From positions 384,001 to 448,000 of the forward strand of contig JBKAGE010000035.1 of the NCBI GenBank assembly GCA_046290225.1: DNA of 64,000 nucleotides. The letters are read 5' to 3'. The notes beneath the pieces are model-generated. The model was not told where the DNA came from and did not search any database. It saw only the letters and a list, made by a program, of their open reading frames with translations. Positions within the stretch are counted from its first letter, which is position 1. Each line of letters begins with the position of its first letter. The translations under genes and the position numbers were made by a program. Shown in pieces: positions 1-13,040 of this stretch. The DNA comes from Bradymonadia bacterium. Lineage in GTDB: Bacteria > Myxococcota_A > Bradymonadia > UBA7976 > UBA1532.

Positions 1-239
1 CCGGTCGGGGTGACCGGCATGCCGCGGACCAGACCTTCGGTGGTGTCCATGGCGATGGTACGGACCATGGAGTCACCGAGGTGCTGCGACACCTCGACCA
101 CCAGGTTGCCCTCGCGATCGTCGATGGCGGGGTTGGTGATCTTCAGGGCGGTCATGATCTCGGGCAGGTTCCCCTCGGGGAACTGCACGTCCACGACGGG
201 GCCCATGACCTGGGCGATGTTTCCAGTTTGATCGCTCAC
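1..239 (-). CDS. atpD: F1Fo ATP synthase beta subunit, N-terminal part (runs off window start)
   Basis: Not in ORF track. Manual translation from GTG at 239 gives [34 protein letters not shown]...[32 protein letters not shown] upstream; follows atpG. Confidence 0.95.
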   Translation of the reverse strand, partial: MSDQTGNIAQVMGPVVDVQFPEGNLPEIMTALKITNPAIDDREGNLVVEVSQHLGDSMVRTIAMDTTEGLVRGMPVTPT

Positions 240-250
240 TGGGGTTCTCC

Positions 251-1129
251 CTACTTCAGAGACTCGGCGCCGCTGATGATCTCCATCAGCTCGGTGGTAA
301 TCGCGGCCTGACGGGCCCGGTTCATCTCCAGCGTGAGGCGGGAGATCATGTCCTGGGCGTTGTCAGTGGCGTTGTTCATGGCGTTCATACGGGCGGCGTG
401 CTCGCCGGTGATGCTCTCGTAGATCGCCTGCCTGACCTGAACCTCGGCGTATCGAGGTACGACGTAGTTGAACAGCGCCTGCTGGCTGGGTTCGTAAATC
501 AGATCCACGCTCGTCGCGGCGCCCTCTTCGACCTCGGGCTGAGGCACGGGGAACAGCTGCGACACGGTGGGGATCTGGGTAATCGCGTTCTTGAATCGGT
601 TCGACAGGATGAACACCTCGTCGAGCTCACCGCTGGTGAAGGCGGCGGCGACGGTCTCGGTGATCCCGCGAATGTCGAGCTCCTGGCCCGGCGGAATGAT
701 CTCCGCGAAGCTCTTGCCGACGGTGTAACCCATCTTCTTGACGAAGAGGTTGGCCCGACGGCCCAGGGGGAAGACGACGACCTCGACGCCCTCGCCCTGG
801 CGCTCAGCGACGTAGCTGGCCAGCTTGCGGTTGATGTAGCTGTTGAAGCCACCACACATGCCGCGATCACTGGTCATGACCACGATGCCGATCTTCTTGA
901 CCTCTTCACGGGTCTCGAGGAGCGGGTGGGCGGTGACGGCCTCGGGGCCGAGCTGGGCCGCAAGGTTCTCCAGCAATTCCCGCTGCTTGGTGGCGTACGG
1001 CTTGAGCTCGTTCATGGCGTCTTGAGCGCGCTTGAGCTTCGCCGCGGCCACCAGCTTCATGGCGCGGGTGATCTTCTGGGTGTTCTTGACTGAGGTGATC
1101 CGCTTACGGACCTCTTTCAGACTCGGCAT
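251..1129 (-). CDS. atpG: ATP synthase gamma subunit
   Basis: N-terminal [39 protein letters not shown]-terminal [19 protein letters not shown]. Confidence 0.98.
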   Translation of the reverse strand: MPSLKEVRKRITSVKNTQKITRAMKLVAAAKLKRAQDAMNELKPYATKQRELLENLAAQLGPEAVTAHPLLETREEVKKIGIVVMTSDRGMCGGFNSYINRKLASYVAERQGEGVEVVVFPLGRRANLFVKKMGYTVGKSFAEIIPPGQELDIRGITETVAAAFTSGELDEVFILSNRFKNAITQIPTVSQLFPVPQPEVEEGAATSVDLIYEPSQQALFNYVVPRYAEVQVRQAIYESITGEHAARMNAMNNATDNAQDMISRLTLEMNRARQAAITTELMEIISGAESLK

Positions 1130-1197
1130 TTGGGGGCCTCAGACCTCTTAAGGTGTGCCAGTGAAGTGGCTCGACCAGAACTCGGGGTGACCCGAGA

Positions 1198-2709
<1,512 letters not shown>

Positions 2710-2775
2710 GTTCTCCGTCTCGTCGGCCCGAAGGCCGCTGGCCCTCGGTGGGCCTGGGTTCTGTCGGCGAGGGCC

Positions 2776-3324
2776 TTAGAGGCTGGCCTCGCGGATACGC
2801 TGTTTCATGTTCTCGAGCTGGGTGCGCACGCTGCCGTCGTACACCTTGCCGCCCACGTGAGTGATGATGCCGCCCAGGATCGAGGGATCTTCTTTGATCT
2901 CGAGCACGATCTGCTGGTTGGTGATCTTCTGCAGCGCCGACTTGAGCCGGGACTGATCTGCATCACTGAGGGGGGTGGCCACGGTGACCCGAGCCCGCTG
3001 ACGACCGGACATGCTGTCGGTCAGATCATGGTAGGCGCGGGTGATCTCGGGCAGATGGCGGATACGGTTACGATCGGTGAGCAGGAACAAGAAGTTCCGC
3101 GTGATCGGGCTCACCATGACGCGCTTGAGCAGCTCGCCGAGCACGGCCTTGCGGCTGTCGACGTTGAAGCTGGGGTTGCGCATCAGCTCGGCGAGCTCGT
3201 CGCTGTTGGCGAAGAGCTTGCTGACCCGATCGAGCTCCCGACCGAGCTGCTCGAAGTTCTTCTTCTCAAGGCCGATCTCGAGGAGGGCCTGAGCGTAACG
3301 CTGATGAATGACGGCGGTGCTCAC
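2776..3324 (-). CDS. atpH: ATP synthase delta subunit
   Basis: RYAQALL N-terminus, DPSILGGII...VYDGSVRTQL C-terminus; operon position. Confidence 0.97.
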   Translation of the reverse strand: MSTAVIHQRYAQALLEIGLEKKNFEQLGRELDRVSKLFANSDELAELMRNPSFNVDSRKAVLGELLKRVMVSPITRNFLFLLTDRNRIRHLPEITRAYHDLTDSMSGRQRARVTVATPLSDADQSRLKSALQKITNQQIVLEIKEDPSILGGIITHVGGKVYDGSVRTQLENMKQRIREASL

Positions 3325-3349
3325 TTTGGCTCCTAAACCACGGGGCTCC

Positions 3350-3928
3350 TCAGCCCTTGATGCCCTCTTCGAGCTGGGTGAGGTAGTCGGCGGTCAAACG
3401 CTGACGGTCGGCGGCGTTGATCTTCTCGGAGATCAGGGCCGTGGCGGCGTCGACGGCGCGCTCGACGAGCTCGGTCTCCAGCTTGACCTTGGCCTGACGC
3501 AGCTCGTGGGCTGCGGTGCGCTCGGCCTCCTGGCGCAGGCGATCAGCGTCGGCCTTGCCCTCGGCGATGAGGTTGGCCTTCTCGCTCTCGCCCTGCTGGC
3601 GATACTCTTCGAGGATCTGCTTCTTGTTGGCGTCGAGCTCTTTGATCTTGGCGTCGTAATCGTCGAGGCGCTTCTGTGCCTCGTCGTGCAGCCGGCGGGC
3701 CTCGTCGATGTCGGCGGCCACGGCGGCGGCCTGATCTTTGAGGGCCTTCTGGATGGGGCTGCGTGCGTACTTGATCACCAGACCCAGCAGGATCACCAGG
3801 TTCACCGCGTGGAAGATCACGTTGGTGAAGCCAGCCTCACCATCACCACCAGCGATGGCGGGGGTGCTGAGGAGGGTGAGCAGGGCAACGGCTGACGCGC
3901 TCTTGAATGGCGTGCTCTGGAATGACAT
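3350..3928 (-). CDS. atpF: ATP synthase Fo subunit b
   Basis: Start moved to ATG 3928 (MSFQSTP). FHAVNLVILLGLVIKY transmembrane segment followed by coiled coil; directly upstream of atpH. Confidence 0.9.
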   Translation of the reverse strand: MSFQSTPFKSASAVALLTLLSTPAIAGGDGEAGFTNVIFHAVNLVILLGLVIKYARSPIQKALKDQAAAVAADIDEARRLHDEAQKRLDDYDAKIKELDANKKQILEEYRQQGESEKANLIAEGKADADRLRQEAERTAAHELRQAKVKLETELVERAVDAATALISEKINAADRQRLTADYLTQLEEGIKG

Positions 3929-3959
3929 GGCTGTCAGTATTCCTTCTGCGTGCTGCGGT

Positions 3960-4436
3960 TCAGACCGGACGGCCGATGATCTTCTCGGCGACCTGCTTGG
4001 CGAGATCGTCGACCTGGCCGAGCATGGACTGCCGGGCGCTCTCGACGTCTGCCTTGATCCCCGCCCGTACCTCGTCGAGGTGAGCGGTGGTCTCTGCAGT
4101 GGCCTTGGCGATGGCAGCTTCCTTGGCATCGAGACCCTCACCGCGGAGCGCGGCACGAGCAGAAGACGCCTGGGTGCGGGCAGCGCCGTACTCTTCGTCG
4201 TACCGGGATGACAGCTCGGAAGCGCGGGCGTCCAGCACGCGGGCTTCCTGCCGGGTCTTCTCAGTCTTCTCGGTCCGACGGGCGTCGGCTTCGAGGAAGG
4301 GCTTGAAAACCAGGCCTCGCATGATCATCAGCAGCGCGAGAAAGAGGCCGAGTTGGATGAAGAAAGTCGCGTCGATGTCGATGAGACCCATCGACTGTAC
4401 AGTGACGTGAAGGGACTGCATGGTTGGTAATGTCAC
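3960..4436 (-). CDS. atpF: ATP synthase Fo subunit b'
   Basis: IDATFFIQLGLFLALLMIMRGLVFKPF then Ala-rich coiled coil ending IAEKI-like motif (VAEKIIGR). Exact start uncertain. Confidence 0.88.
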   Translation of the reverse strand: MTLPTMQSLHVTVQSMGLIDIDATFFIQLGLFLALLMIMRGLVFKPFLEADARRTEKTEKTRQEARVLDARASELSSRYDEEYGAARTQASSARAALRGEGLDAKEAAIAKATAETTAHLDEVRAGIKADVESARQSMLGQVDDLAKQVAEKIIGRPV

Positions 4437-4464
4437 CTTCCGTGCCTAGCCAAAAATTCGGCGC

Positions 4465-4493
4465 AACCTATCACCGCCCACCGGCAACGTCAA
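4465..4493 (-). promoter_or_regulatory. Putative sigma70 promoter of the atp operon
   Basis: Minus strand reads TTGACG-N17-TAGGTT with a TG extended -10, about 30 bp upstream of atpF'. Confidence 0.55.
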
Positions 4494-4555
4494 TCGGGAT
4501 TCTGTGGACAAATTGTGGGTTCACATGACTGTGATGACTACCCAGATGGGTGAAG

Positions 4556-5353
4556 TCAGCCAAAGGCGGCCCGGCGACGGTAGTCTTCGCCGTTCATCGG
4601 CTGCAGATGACACATCTCGATCAGCCGGGAGTAGATGCGCTCCCCGACGCGATCGACGAGGACCTGCTGGCCATCTGCGCCGCCGTTCCCACGGCCTGGC
4701 GCATAGTTCGTCGTGAACAATGTGGTGCGGTTGGCGTTGTACCGCTTGCTGATCAGCTCGTCCAGCACCGAGAGCTCCCACTCGGTGCCCCGCCCCTTGC
4801 CCAGCTCGTCGATGGCCAGCACCGGAATGTGAATCAAGGGTTCGATGAGGGCTTCAGCGCTGCCATGACGGCCCTGATCAAATGAGGCGCGCAGATCGGA
4901 CAGCAGGTGCATGAACTCCACGAACCGCACCTGCACCCCACGTTTGATCAGCAGGTGGCGCAAGATCGCCACCATCAAGTGGGTCTTCCCGGTCCCACAG
5001 GGTCCGTAATAAAGAATGCCACGCTGCCCCGCGACGAACTCCGAGGCAAACCGATTCGCCAGCGCCCGGGCGTTGCGCTTTTGCAGATCAGGCGTCTCGA
5101 AGTTCATGAACGAGGCCTGGTTGTACCGCGCGGGCAACCGGGCGTGGTTGTAGAACTTGATGCGTTGATCGAGGGGGCTGCACTCGCAGGGCACCGCGTT
5201 CGTGTAGCCCTGATCATTGGTGACGAAGGTGAAGCCCACGCCCCCGCAGAGGGTACACTTCACCTTGCAGGTGCACCGCTCGGCGAGGGAATAGTCGCCC
5301 TGGCGTTTGGAGACGATGAACTCATTGCCGCAAATCGGGCACTCGCGCTGCAT
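4556..5353 (-). CDS. DnaC/DnaI/IstB-family AAA+ ATPase (putative replicative helicase loader) with N-terminal Zn-binding Cys clusters
   Basis: CPIC, CTC, CTLCGG and CEC clusters; GPCGTGKTHL Walker A; IDELG Walker B; FTTN; GERIYSRLIEMC...GEDYR. Confidence 0.85.
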   Translation of the reverse strand: MQRECPICGNEFIVSKRQGDYSLAERCTCKVKCTLCGGVGFTFVTNDQGYTNAVPCECSPLDQRIKFYNHARLPARYNQASFMNFETPDLQKRNARALANRFASEFVAGQRGILYYGPCGTGKTHLMVAILRHLLIKRGVQVRFVEFMHLLSDLRASFDQGRHGSAEALIEPLIHIPVLAIDELGKGRGTEWELSVLDELISKRYNANRTTLFTTNYAPGRGNGGADGQQVLVDRVGERIYSRLIEMCHLQPMNGEDYRRRAAFG

Positions 5354-5404
5354 GGCTGAACTCTCTGAAAACGGAACCGGCGTAGAGCCTTTGTGAGGGT
5401 GTCC

Positions 5405-6172
5405 TCACCACGAAGGGGGCGCAAGCCTCAACTGCAGATCGGGCAAACCCAGATGACGACGCACCTGCCGCAGACGTTGTCGATCACGGGTGGCCTGCCA
5501 ATTGGTCTGGTTCGCCACCTTGCGCTCCGCGGCGAGCATATCATCGACCTTCGCCGACAACATCTCCTGGGTGTCCGCGTCGAGGCGATCCCAGAAGGCC
5601 TCGCTGGCCTTCTCTTCTAGAGATTCCAGAGCGGTGACCGGGTCTTCAATTTTTCCGATCAAGGCATCATCTCTGAGCTGAGTCAGGCGACCGAGCAGCA
5701 GATCGACGAGGGCGATCAACCGATCTTCGTGCAGATCGGCTCTGGCACGCTCGACCTGGCTGAGCAACAAGTCGAAGGCCCGGGTCAGCTCGGCCTGCTC
5801 TGCAGCGAGGGGCTGGTGCGGTGCGATCTCCGGTCTGGGTCGAGGATCACGTGCGGGGGGTGTCAGCGGCGTCGACGGGGGCACGACAGGGGTGCCCGCT
5901 TGAGGGGTCGGGCGGCTACCCACCTGCCGGGCACGCCACGCCTGAGCGACGGCGTCCACTGACTTGAGCACCGACTCGAGGCCTCTGATCGATTTGGTCT
6001 TCTTGCGATGATCGAAGGCCCGCTCGATGCCTTGGATCACCACCTCGGCGGGCAACCCCGCCCGAGCCCAACGTTGGATCATTTCGAGATCTCGAGCGGA
6101 GAGCATCAGCCCCTTGCCGCTCTGTTCGAGGAAGGCACGCTCAATGGCGTGAATGTAGGCGCGGTCGAGCAT
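5405..6172 (-). CDS. Hypothetical protein with N-terminal DnaD/DnaB_2-like helical domain, Pro-rich linker and helical C-terminal domain
   Basis: AFLEQSGKGLMLSARDLEMIQRWARAGLPAEVVIQGIERAF...SIRGLESVLKSV resembles the DnaD domain pattern; sits between gyrB and the DnaC-like gene. Confidence 0.6.
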   Translation of the reverse strand: MLDRAYIHAIERAFLEQSGKGLMLSARDLEMIQRWARAGLPAEVVIQGIERAFDHRKKTKSIRGLESVLKSVDAVAQAWRARQVGSRPTPQAGTPVVPPSTPLTPPARDPRPRPEIAPHQPLAAEQAELTRAFDLLLSQVERARADLHEDRLIALVDLLLGRLTQLRDDALIGKIEDPVTALESLEEKASEAFWDRLDADTQEMLSAKVDDMLAAERKVANQTNWQATRDRQRLRQVRRHLGLPDLQLRLAPPSW

Positions 6173-6200
6173 GGTGAGACCAGTGTTACCGGTTCACTGA

Positions 6201-8777
<2,577 letters not shown>

Positions 8778-8961
8778 TCAAGCGCCACCGGCTCGCCAAC
8801 CCCGCGTTTATGCGGCAAATCAGCGGCCTTGAGCGCTTTACATAAAGACGAAGAAATGTACCACAAAAGAGCGCCATCCACAAGTAAACCTGCGGACCCC
8901 AAACACCTGATTTTAAAGGGAAAAATATGGTGTGAACGGCGAGGGGGTCGAGGGGGCTGAA

Positions 8962-9486
8962 TCAGGCCTCCGCGGAGGCCTCTTCGGCGACCTTTCTGGG
9001 GGCTCTCGCAGGGGCCTTTTTGGCGAACTTCCTGGCCACTTCTGCAGGCTCCAGGAGCAGGGTGCGAGGCTCGCCTTCGCCGACGCTGCGGGTGCCCACC
9101 TCGTCGTCGCCCATGAGGGCGGTGTGCGCCAGGCGACGCTCTGCAGGGGAGAGGCCGTCGAGGACCCCTCGGCGACCCGTGCGCACCACCATATCGGCGA
9201 TCTCCACCACAGCGGCGCTGATGATGGCCTTGCGACGATCGAGATCACCCCCGACGTCGAGCGTGCAGCGTACGCGGCCGCCGGTGGCCTGAGAGGCCGC
9301 GCTCGAGGTCAGCTGGGTGATGGCGGTGACCAGCTCGGGATCACGCAGCTTGGAGATGCTGCCGGTGAGGCGCAGGATGATCTCGCCGTCGACCTCGGTG
9401 CCCTCGACGTCGATCGAGAGCTGCATGCGGTCGAAGAGGCCAGTCAAAAACTCGGAGGCCGCTTGAATGGCCTGACCGTTGCTCAT
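8962..9486 (-). CDS. jag: Jag/EloR (KhpB)-like RNA-binding protein with R3H domain, short form
   Basis: LSPAERRLAHTAL...TRSVGEGEPRTL R3H motif; canonical position after yidC; N-terminal Jag domain apparently absent. Confidence 0.8.
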   Translation of the reverse strand: MSNGQAIQAASEFLTGLFDRMQLSIDVEGTEVDGEIILRLTGSISKLRDPELVTAITQLTSSAASQATGGRVRCTLDVGGDLDRRKAIISAAVVEIADMVVRTGRRGVLDGLSPAERRLAHTALMGDDEVGTRSVGEGEPRTLLLEPAEVARKFAKKAPARAPRKVAEEASAEA

Positions 9487-9526
9487 GGAATTCTCCTGAA
9501 AATCGAGTGGAAAGCGTCGAGGGCGA

Positions 9527-11281
9527 TCAGGCCCGGGCGTTCTTGCCCTTCTTGAGGGAGGGCGCCGGCTCTGCTTCTGCCTTCTTCAACAGCACGTACT
9601 GCTGCACCAGACCCATGATGGTGTTGGCGGCAATGTACAGCACGAGGCCCGCCGGCAGGAACAGCATCATCAAGGTGAAGATGACCGGCATCAAATACAT
9701 GATGATCTTCTGCTGTGCCTGATCGCCCGCAGTGGGCGACAACCGGCTCTGCAAGAACATCAGCCCACCGAGGGCCAGAGGCAGAATGTAGAAGGGGTCG
9801 GGCTGGGACAAATCGTGAATCCAGCCACCCAGATCAGCCTGGTACAGCTCCACCGAAGAGTAGATCGTCCGGTACAGGGCCAGGTAGATGGGCATCATCA
9901 GCACCACCGGCAGGCACCCGGCAAGAGGGTTCACGTTGTGCTCTTTGTAGAGCTTCATGATCTCTTGCTGCTGCTTGAGCTTGTCCTCCTTGTACTTGGC
10001 CTGAAGCGCCTTCATCTGAGGCTGGATCTTCTTCATGGAGGCCATGGACTTGTACTGCTTCTGGGTAAGAGGCAGCGTGAGCAGCTTCACGAGGATGGTG
10101 AGCAGCACGATGGCGATGCCCCAGTTGCCCACCCAGCTGAAGAAGAGCCGCATGATCTTGAGCATGGGCACCGAGACCACGGTGAACCAGCCGAAGTCTA
10201 CGGCGTCGCTCATGGGGGGCGTGGTGGCGCTCACCACTTCGTACTTCTTCGGGCCGCCGTAAATCTGGAACTTGCGGGAGAGCGTCTGGCCAGGCTCGAG
10301 CTTGGAGGCGCCGAAGTCGGCCACCGTGACGGCGAGGCTGAAGCCCACGGGGATCTTGGTGGTCTCGGGCAGACCGGCGTTCTTGGGATCGACGAAGAAC
10401 TCACACGCCTTGATGGGATCAGCGCCGACGCCGGGCAGCATACCCATCATGAAGTAACGGTTGTTCACCGCGGCCCACTGCACCCCGTTGGCGAAGGCGG
10501 TCGGCTCTTCCGGGTCGTTCAGATCGCTGGCCACGGAGGCGATCATCTCCCGGTGGAAGACCTCTTTCTCCTGACACAACGACTCAAACAGGTAGATCGG
10601 GGGGGTGAACATCGAGCCAGTGGCTTCGCTGTCGTTCTGAAGGCCGGCCATACGACCCTTCAAGGCCACGTCGACGGCGGCATTGCCCGTGTTGCGCACG
10701 GTGACCTCGCCATCAAGCACGTACTGCAGATCGCTCACCCGCCAAGTGCGGACGATCTCCAAACCCGTCGTGGCATCACGGTGGGTGAAGCTCACCGACT
10801 TGGCATCATCTGCGACCTTGGCGTCGTACACCCCGACGACCGAAAGATCGTTCGCCAGCACGTCGAGCTGAGGCGGCAGGAAGACGCTCTTGTCGTCGGC
10901 CTCACCGAGCGGACGCACGAAGCGATCAGGCTTCAGCCCGTCATCGGTCTTGATCAGGTACTGATCTTCAGTGAGGGACCACGACTTCAACGCGCCGTTC
11001 AGGTTCGACAGCTCGAGGTTGAAGAGATCGCCGGCCTTGAGGCCAGTGATCTTCTCGAGGCTGGGGTCGAGAACCGGGATCTTCGGCGCGGGCTTCTCGT
11101 CGGGCTTCGTAGCGTCTCCGCCAGCCTTGCCTTGCTCACCACCGTTCTGAGCCACGCCCGCATCAGGGGCGTTCTGCTTCGGGGGTGGCTGCTGAGGGAA
11201 CATATAGGTCCAGAGGGCCAGGACCACGCCACTCATCACCACCGCGAGGATCATCCGCCGGTAGTCGGTGTTCTCATTCAT
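9527..11281 (-). CDS. yidC: Membrane protein insertase YidC
   Basis: [46 protein letters not shown]. Confidence 0.97.
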   Translation of the reverse strand: MNENTDYRRMILAVVMSGVVLALWTYMFPQQPPPKQNAPDAGVAQNGGEQGKAGGDATKPDEKPAPKIPVLDPSLEKITGLKAGDLFNLELSNLNGALKSWSLTEDQYLIKTDDGLKPDRFVRPLGEADDKSVFLPPQLDVLANDLSVVGVYDAKVADDAKSVSFTHRDATTGLEIVRTWRVSDLQYVLDGEVTVRNTGNAAVDVALKGRMAGLQNDSEATGSMFTPPIYLFESLCQEKEVFHREMIASVASDLNDPEEPTAFANGVQWAAVNNRYFMMGMLPGVGADPIKACEFFVDPKNAGLPETTKIPVGFSLAVTVADFGASKLEPGQTLSRKFQIYGGPKKYEVVSATTPPMSDAVDFGWFTVVSVPMLKIMRLFFSWVGNWGIAIVLLTILVKLLTLPLTQKQYKSMASMKKIQPQMKALQAKYKEDKLKQQQEIMKLYKEHNVNPLAGCLPVVLMMPIYLALYRTIYSSVELYQADLGGWIHDLSQPDPFYILPLALGGLMFLQSRLSPTAGDQAQQKIIMYLMPVIFTLMMLFLPAGLVLYIAANTIMGLVQQYVLLKKAEAEPAPSLKKGKNARA

Positions 11282-11493
11282 GGCTCATCCACTGGGTCGT
11301 AACCGCCTGGGCTCCAGGGGTGACAACGACAAATACGGCTACACGTGCGGCGACTGCCGCCGAAGAAGCCGTGTTTTTGATAGGCCTCGATTGCGTACTC
11401 AGAGCAGCTCGGCACGAACCTGCACGAAGGAGGCAACAACGGGGAAATGAAGTTCTGATATCCGCGAATGAACCAGACGCACAGCGCAGTCAT
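11278..11493 (-). CDS. yidD: Membrane protein insertion efficiency factor
   Basis: Start moved to ATG 11493. [23 protein letters not shown]...[16 protein letters not shown]. Confidence 0.95.
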   Translation of the reverse strand: MTALCVWFIRGYQNFISPLLPPSCRFVPSCSEYAIEAYQKHGFFGGSRRTCSRICRCHPWSPGGYDPVDEP

Positions 11494-11494
11494 G

Positions 11495-12028
11495 TCAGCC
11501 CCTCGTCTCGGACTGAGTCTGGGCGCCACCTTCGTTCTGGCTGCGCCCATGACCAGACTGACCGGTACGACCCTTCTGACCACTGTGCTTGTGGCTGCCA
11601 TGCTTCTGGCCGCCTTGCTTGTGGTTCGAGTGCTTTCGCCCGGAGCCCCTTTTGCCAGAACCCTTCTGAGGCGGGTTACGCAAACGACGCAACCCTTCAG
11701 AGAGCTCTTTGTAGATCACAGCGTAGTCATCTGGCGGGGTCTGGTTCTTGGCCACGAGCACCACATCGAGACCCTTGGTCTGCGCAGCGGGGTGCTTGCG
11801 GAAAGCTTCGCGCACAAGCCGTTTTAAACGGTTGCGCACGACGGCGTTGCCCACCTTCTTGCTCACGGTGATGCCGAGACGAATCGGACGACCGCCTGTG
11901 AGGCGACCATAGAACACGAAGTGGCGGGTGCTCACCCGTGATCCTCGGCGTTGCACGAAGAGGAACTCCCTGCGACGGCGAAGGCGGCTGCTCTTGGGGA
12001 ACTGCTGACCTTCAGGCAAGGGGCTCAT
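11495..12028 (-). CDS. rnpA: Ribonuclease P protein component with low-complexity C-terminal extension
   Basis: Start ATG 12028. [41 protein letters not shown]. Confidence 0.95.
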   Translation of the reverse strand: MSPLPEGQQFPKSSRLRRRREFLFVQRRGSRVSTRHFVFYGRLTGGRPIRLGITVSKKVGNAVVRNRLKRLVREAFRKHPAAQTKGLDVVLVAKNQTPPDDYAVIYKELSEGLRRLRNPPQKGSGKRGSGRKHSNHKQGGQKHGSHKHSGQKGRTGQSGHGRSQNEGGAQTQSETRG

Positions 12029-12172
12029 CGGGCACCGAATGGGTTGTCGCTGAGGGGACAGCGGTGGGCACGGGGGTGGAGGCAATCGAGCGGTGACATC
12101 TTATCTCTGCGCGCGCGAGGATAAAGCGCGCACGCGTGAGAGGTGCCTGATCGGCTCGAACCCCCCAGGGGA

Positions 12173-12322
12173 TTACTTGCGGTAAGTCGCCGGGGCCAGG
12201 TTCTTGCGGCCCTTCTGACGGCGGCGCTTCAGGACTGCGCGGCCGGCACGGGTGGAGGCGCGCTTACGGAAGCCGTGGGTGCGCCGGCGGGAGGTGTTGC
12301 TGGGCTGAAAAGTGCGCTTCAT
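12173..12322 (-). CDS. rpmH: 50S ribosomal protein L34
   Basis: [42 protein letters not shown], start ATG 12322. Confidence 0.98.
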   Translation of the reverse strand: MKRTFQPSNTSRRRTHGFRKRASTRAGRAVLKRRRQKGRKNLAPATYRK

Positions 12323-12423
12323 GGAAAATTCCTCACGTTCGAATAGCGTGCCCTCGATTTGAGGGCGGCGAATGGAACCACAACCCCCTCGGAAGATCAA
12401 CCAAGATCACCAAACCCCTTGCA

Positions 12424-12517
12424 GATGGCACCCATGGGTCGAGCCATGGCAGTCGATGACTCCCTCGATGGCAGCCCATGACTTCCGGGATGGCACCCCA
12501 TGGCATCCGATGCCATC
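12424..12517. repeat. Degenerate ~22-bp tandem repeat (4 units, core ATGGCA-N3/4-ATG) in the rpmH-dnaA intergenic region
   Basis: ATGGCA at 12425, 12446, 12468 and 12490 (spacing 21, 22, 22); ends in palindrome ATGGCATC-C-GATGCCAT. Confidence 0.65.
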
Positions 12518-13040
12518 TCGAGCGGCCCGTCGGGCACCCTCCAAAAAAAACTTGAGCCGAAGATCGACAAAAATTTGGGCCCACGAGGGGGTAGACGGAG
12601 AATGGCCTGGAGCCCGTCTCAATGGGGTCACAGCGCCGGAACATGCCTGACACATTGAAAAACTCGACAGCATTCGAGTTCGGGGGTAACCACTGCACGA
12701 GTGTTCGGTTCTCTCCGGCAAAACTCAGAGTCCCTGCGACCCAAGCCCGAAACATCTTATGTAAAAGGTGAAGAAATGGGTGGCATACATCTGAAACCAC
12801 TGCTATTCTCACGAGCATAAGAAAAGAACTTGCGGGGTGATCGAGCGCCATGCTTAATGGGCCTCACCGCGGCACTGATTACGACTCGCAAGGGGACTCA
12901 GCGAGCGTGGTTTTTTGTCAGGTCACCCCGTAAAAACGATAACCATTAATGTTCGGTCGATAGCACCCTGGTGCCATCCCATATTGATATAGGGATACGG
13001 CCCCAATACGTGCCATTGACCATGATGCGAGTGCAGACAC

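Noticed and set aside
4556..5353. IS21 element (istB)
   Set aside because: No istA DDE transposase or terminal inverted repeats nearby. The Zn-binding N-terminus and context favour a replication loader.
12424..12517. CRISPR array
   Set aside because: Units are degenerate and abutting with no unique spacers, and no cas genes are in the window
12333..12851. ORFs in the rpmH-dnaA intergenic region
   Set aside because: No recognisable motifs, atypical composition, several mutually overlapping frames; better explained as regulatory DNA
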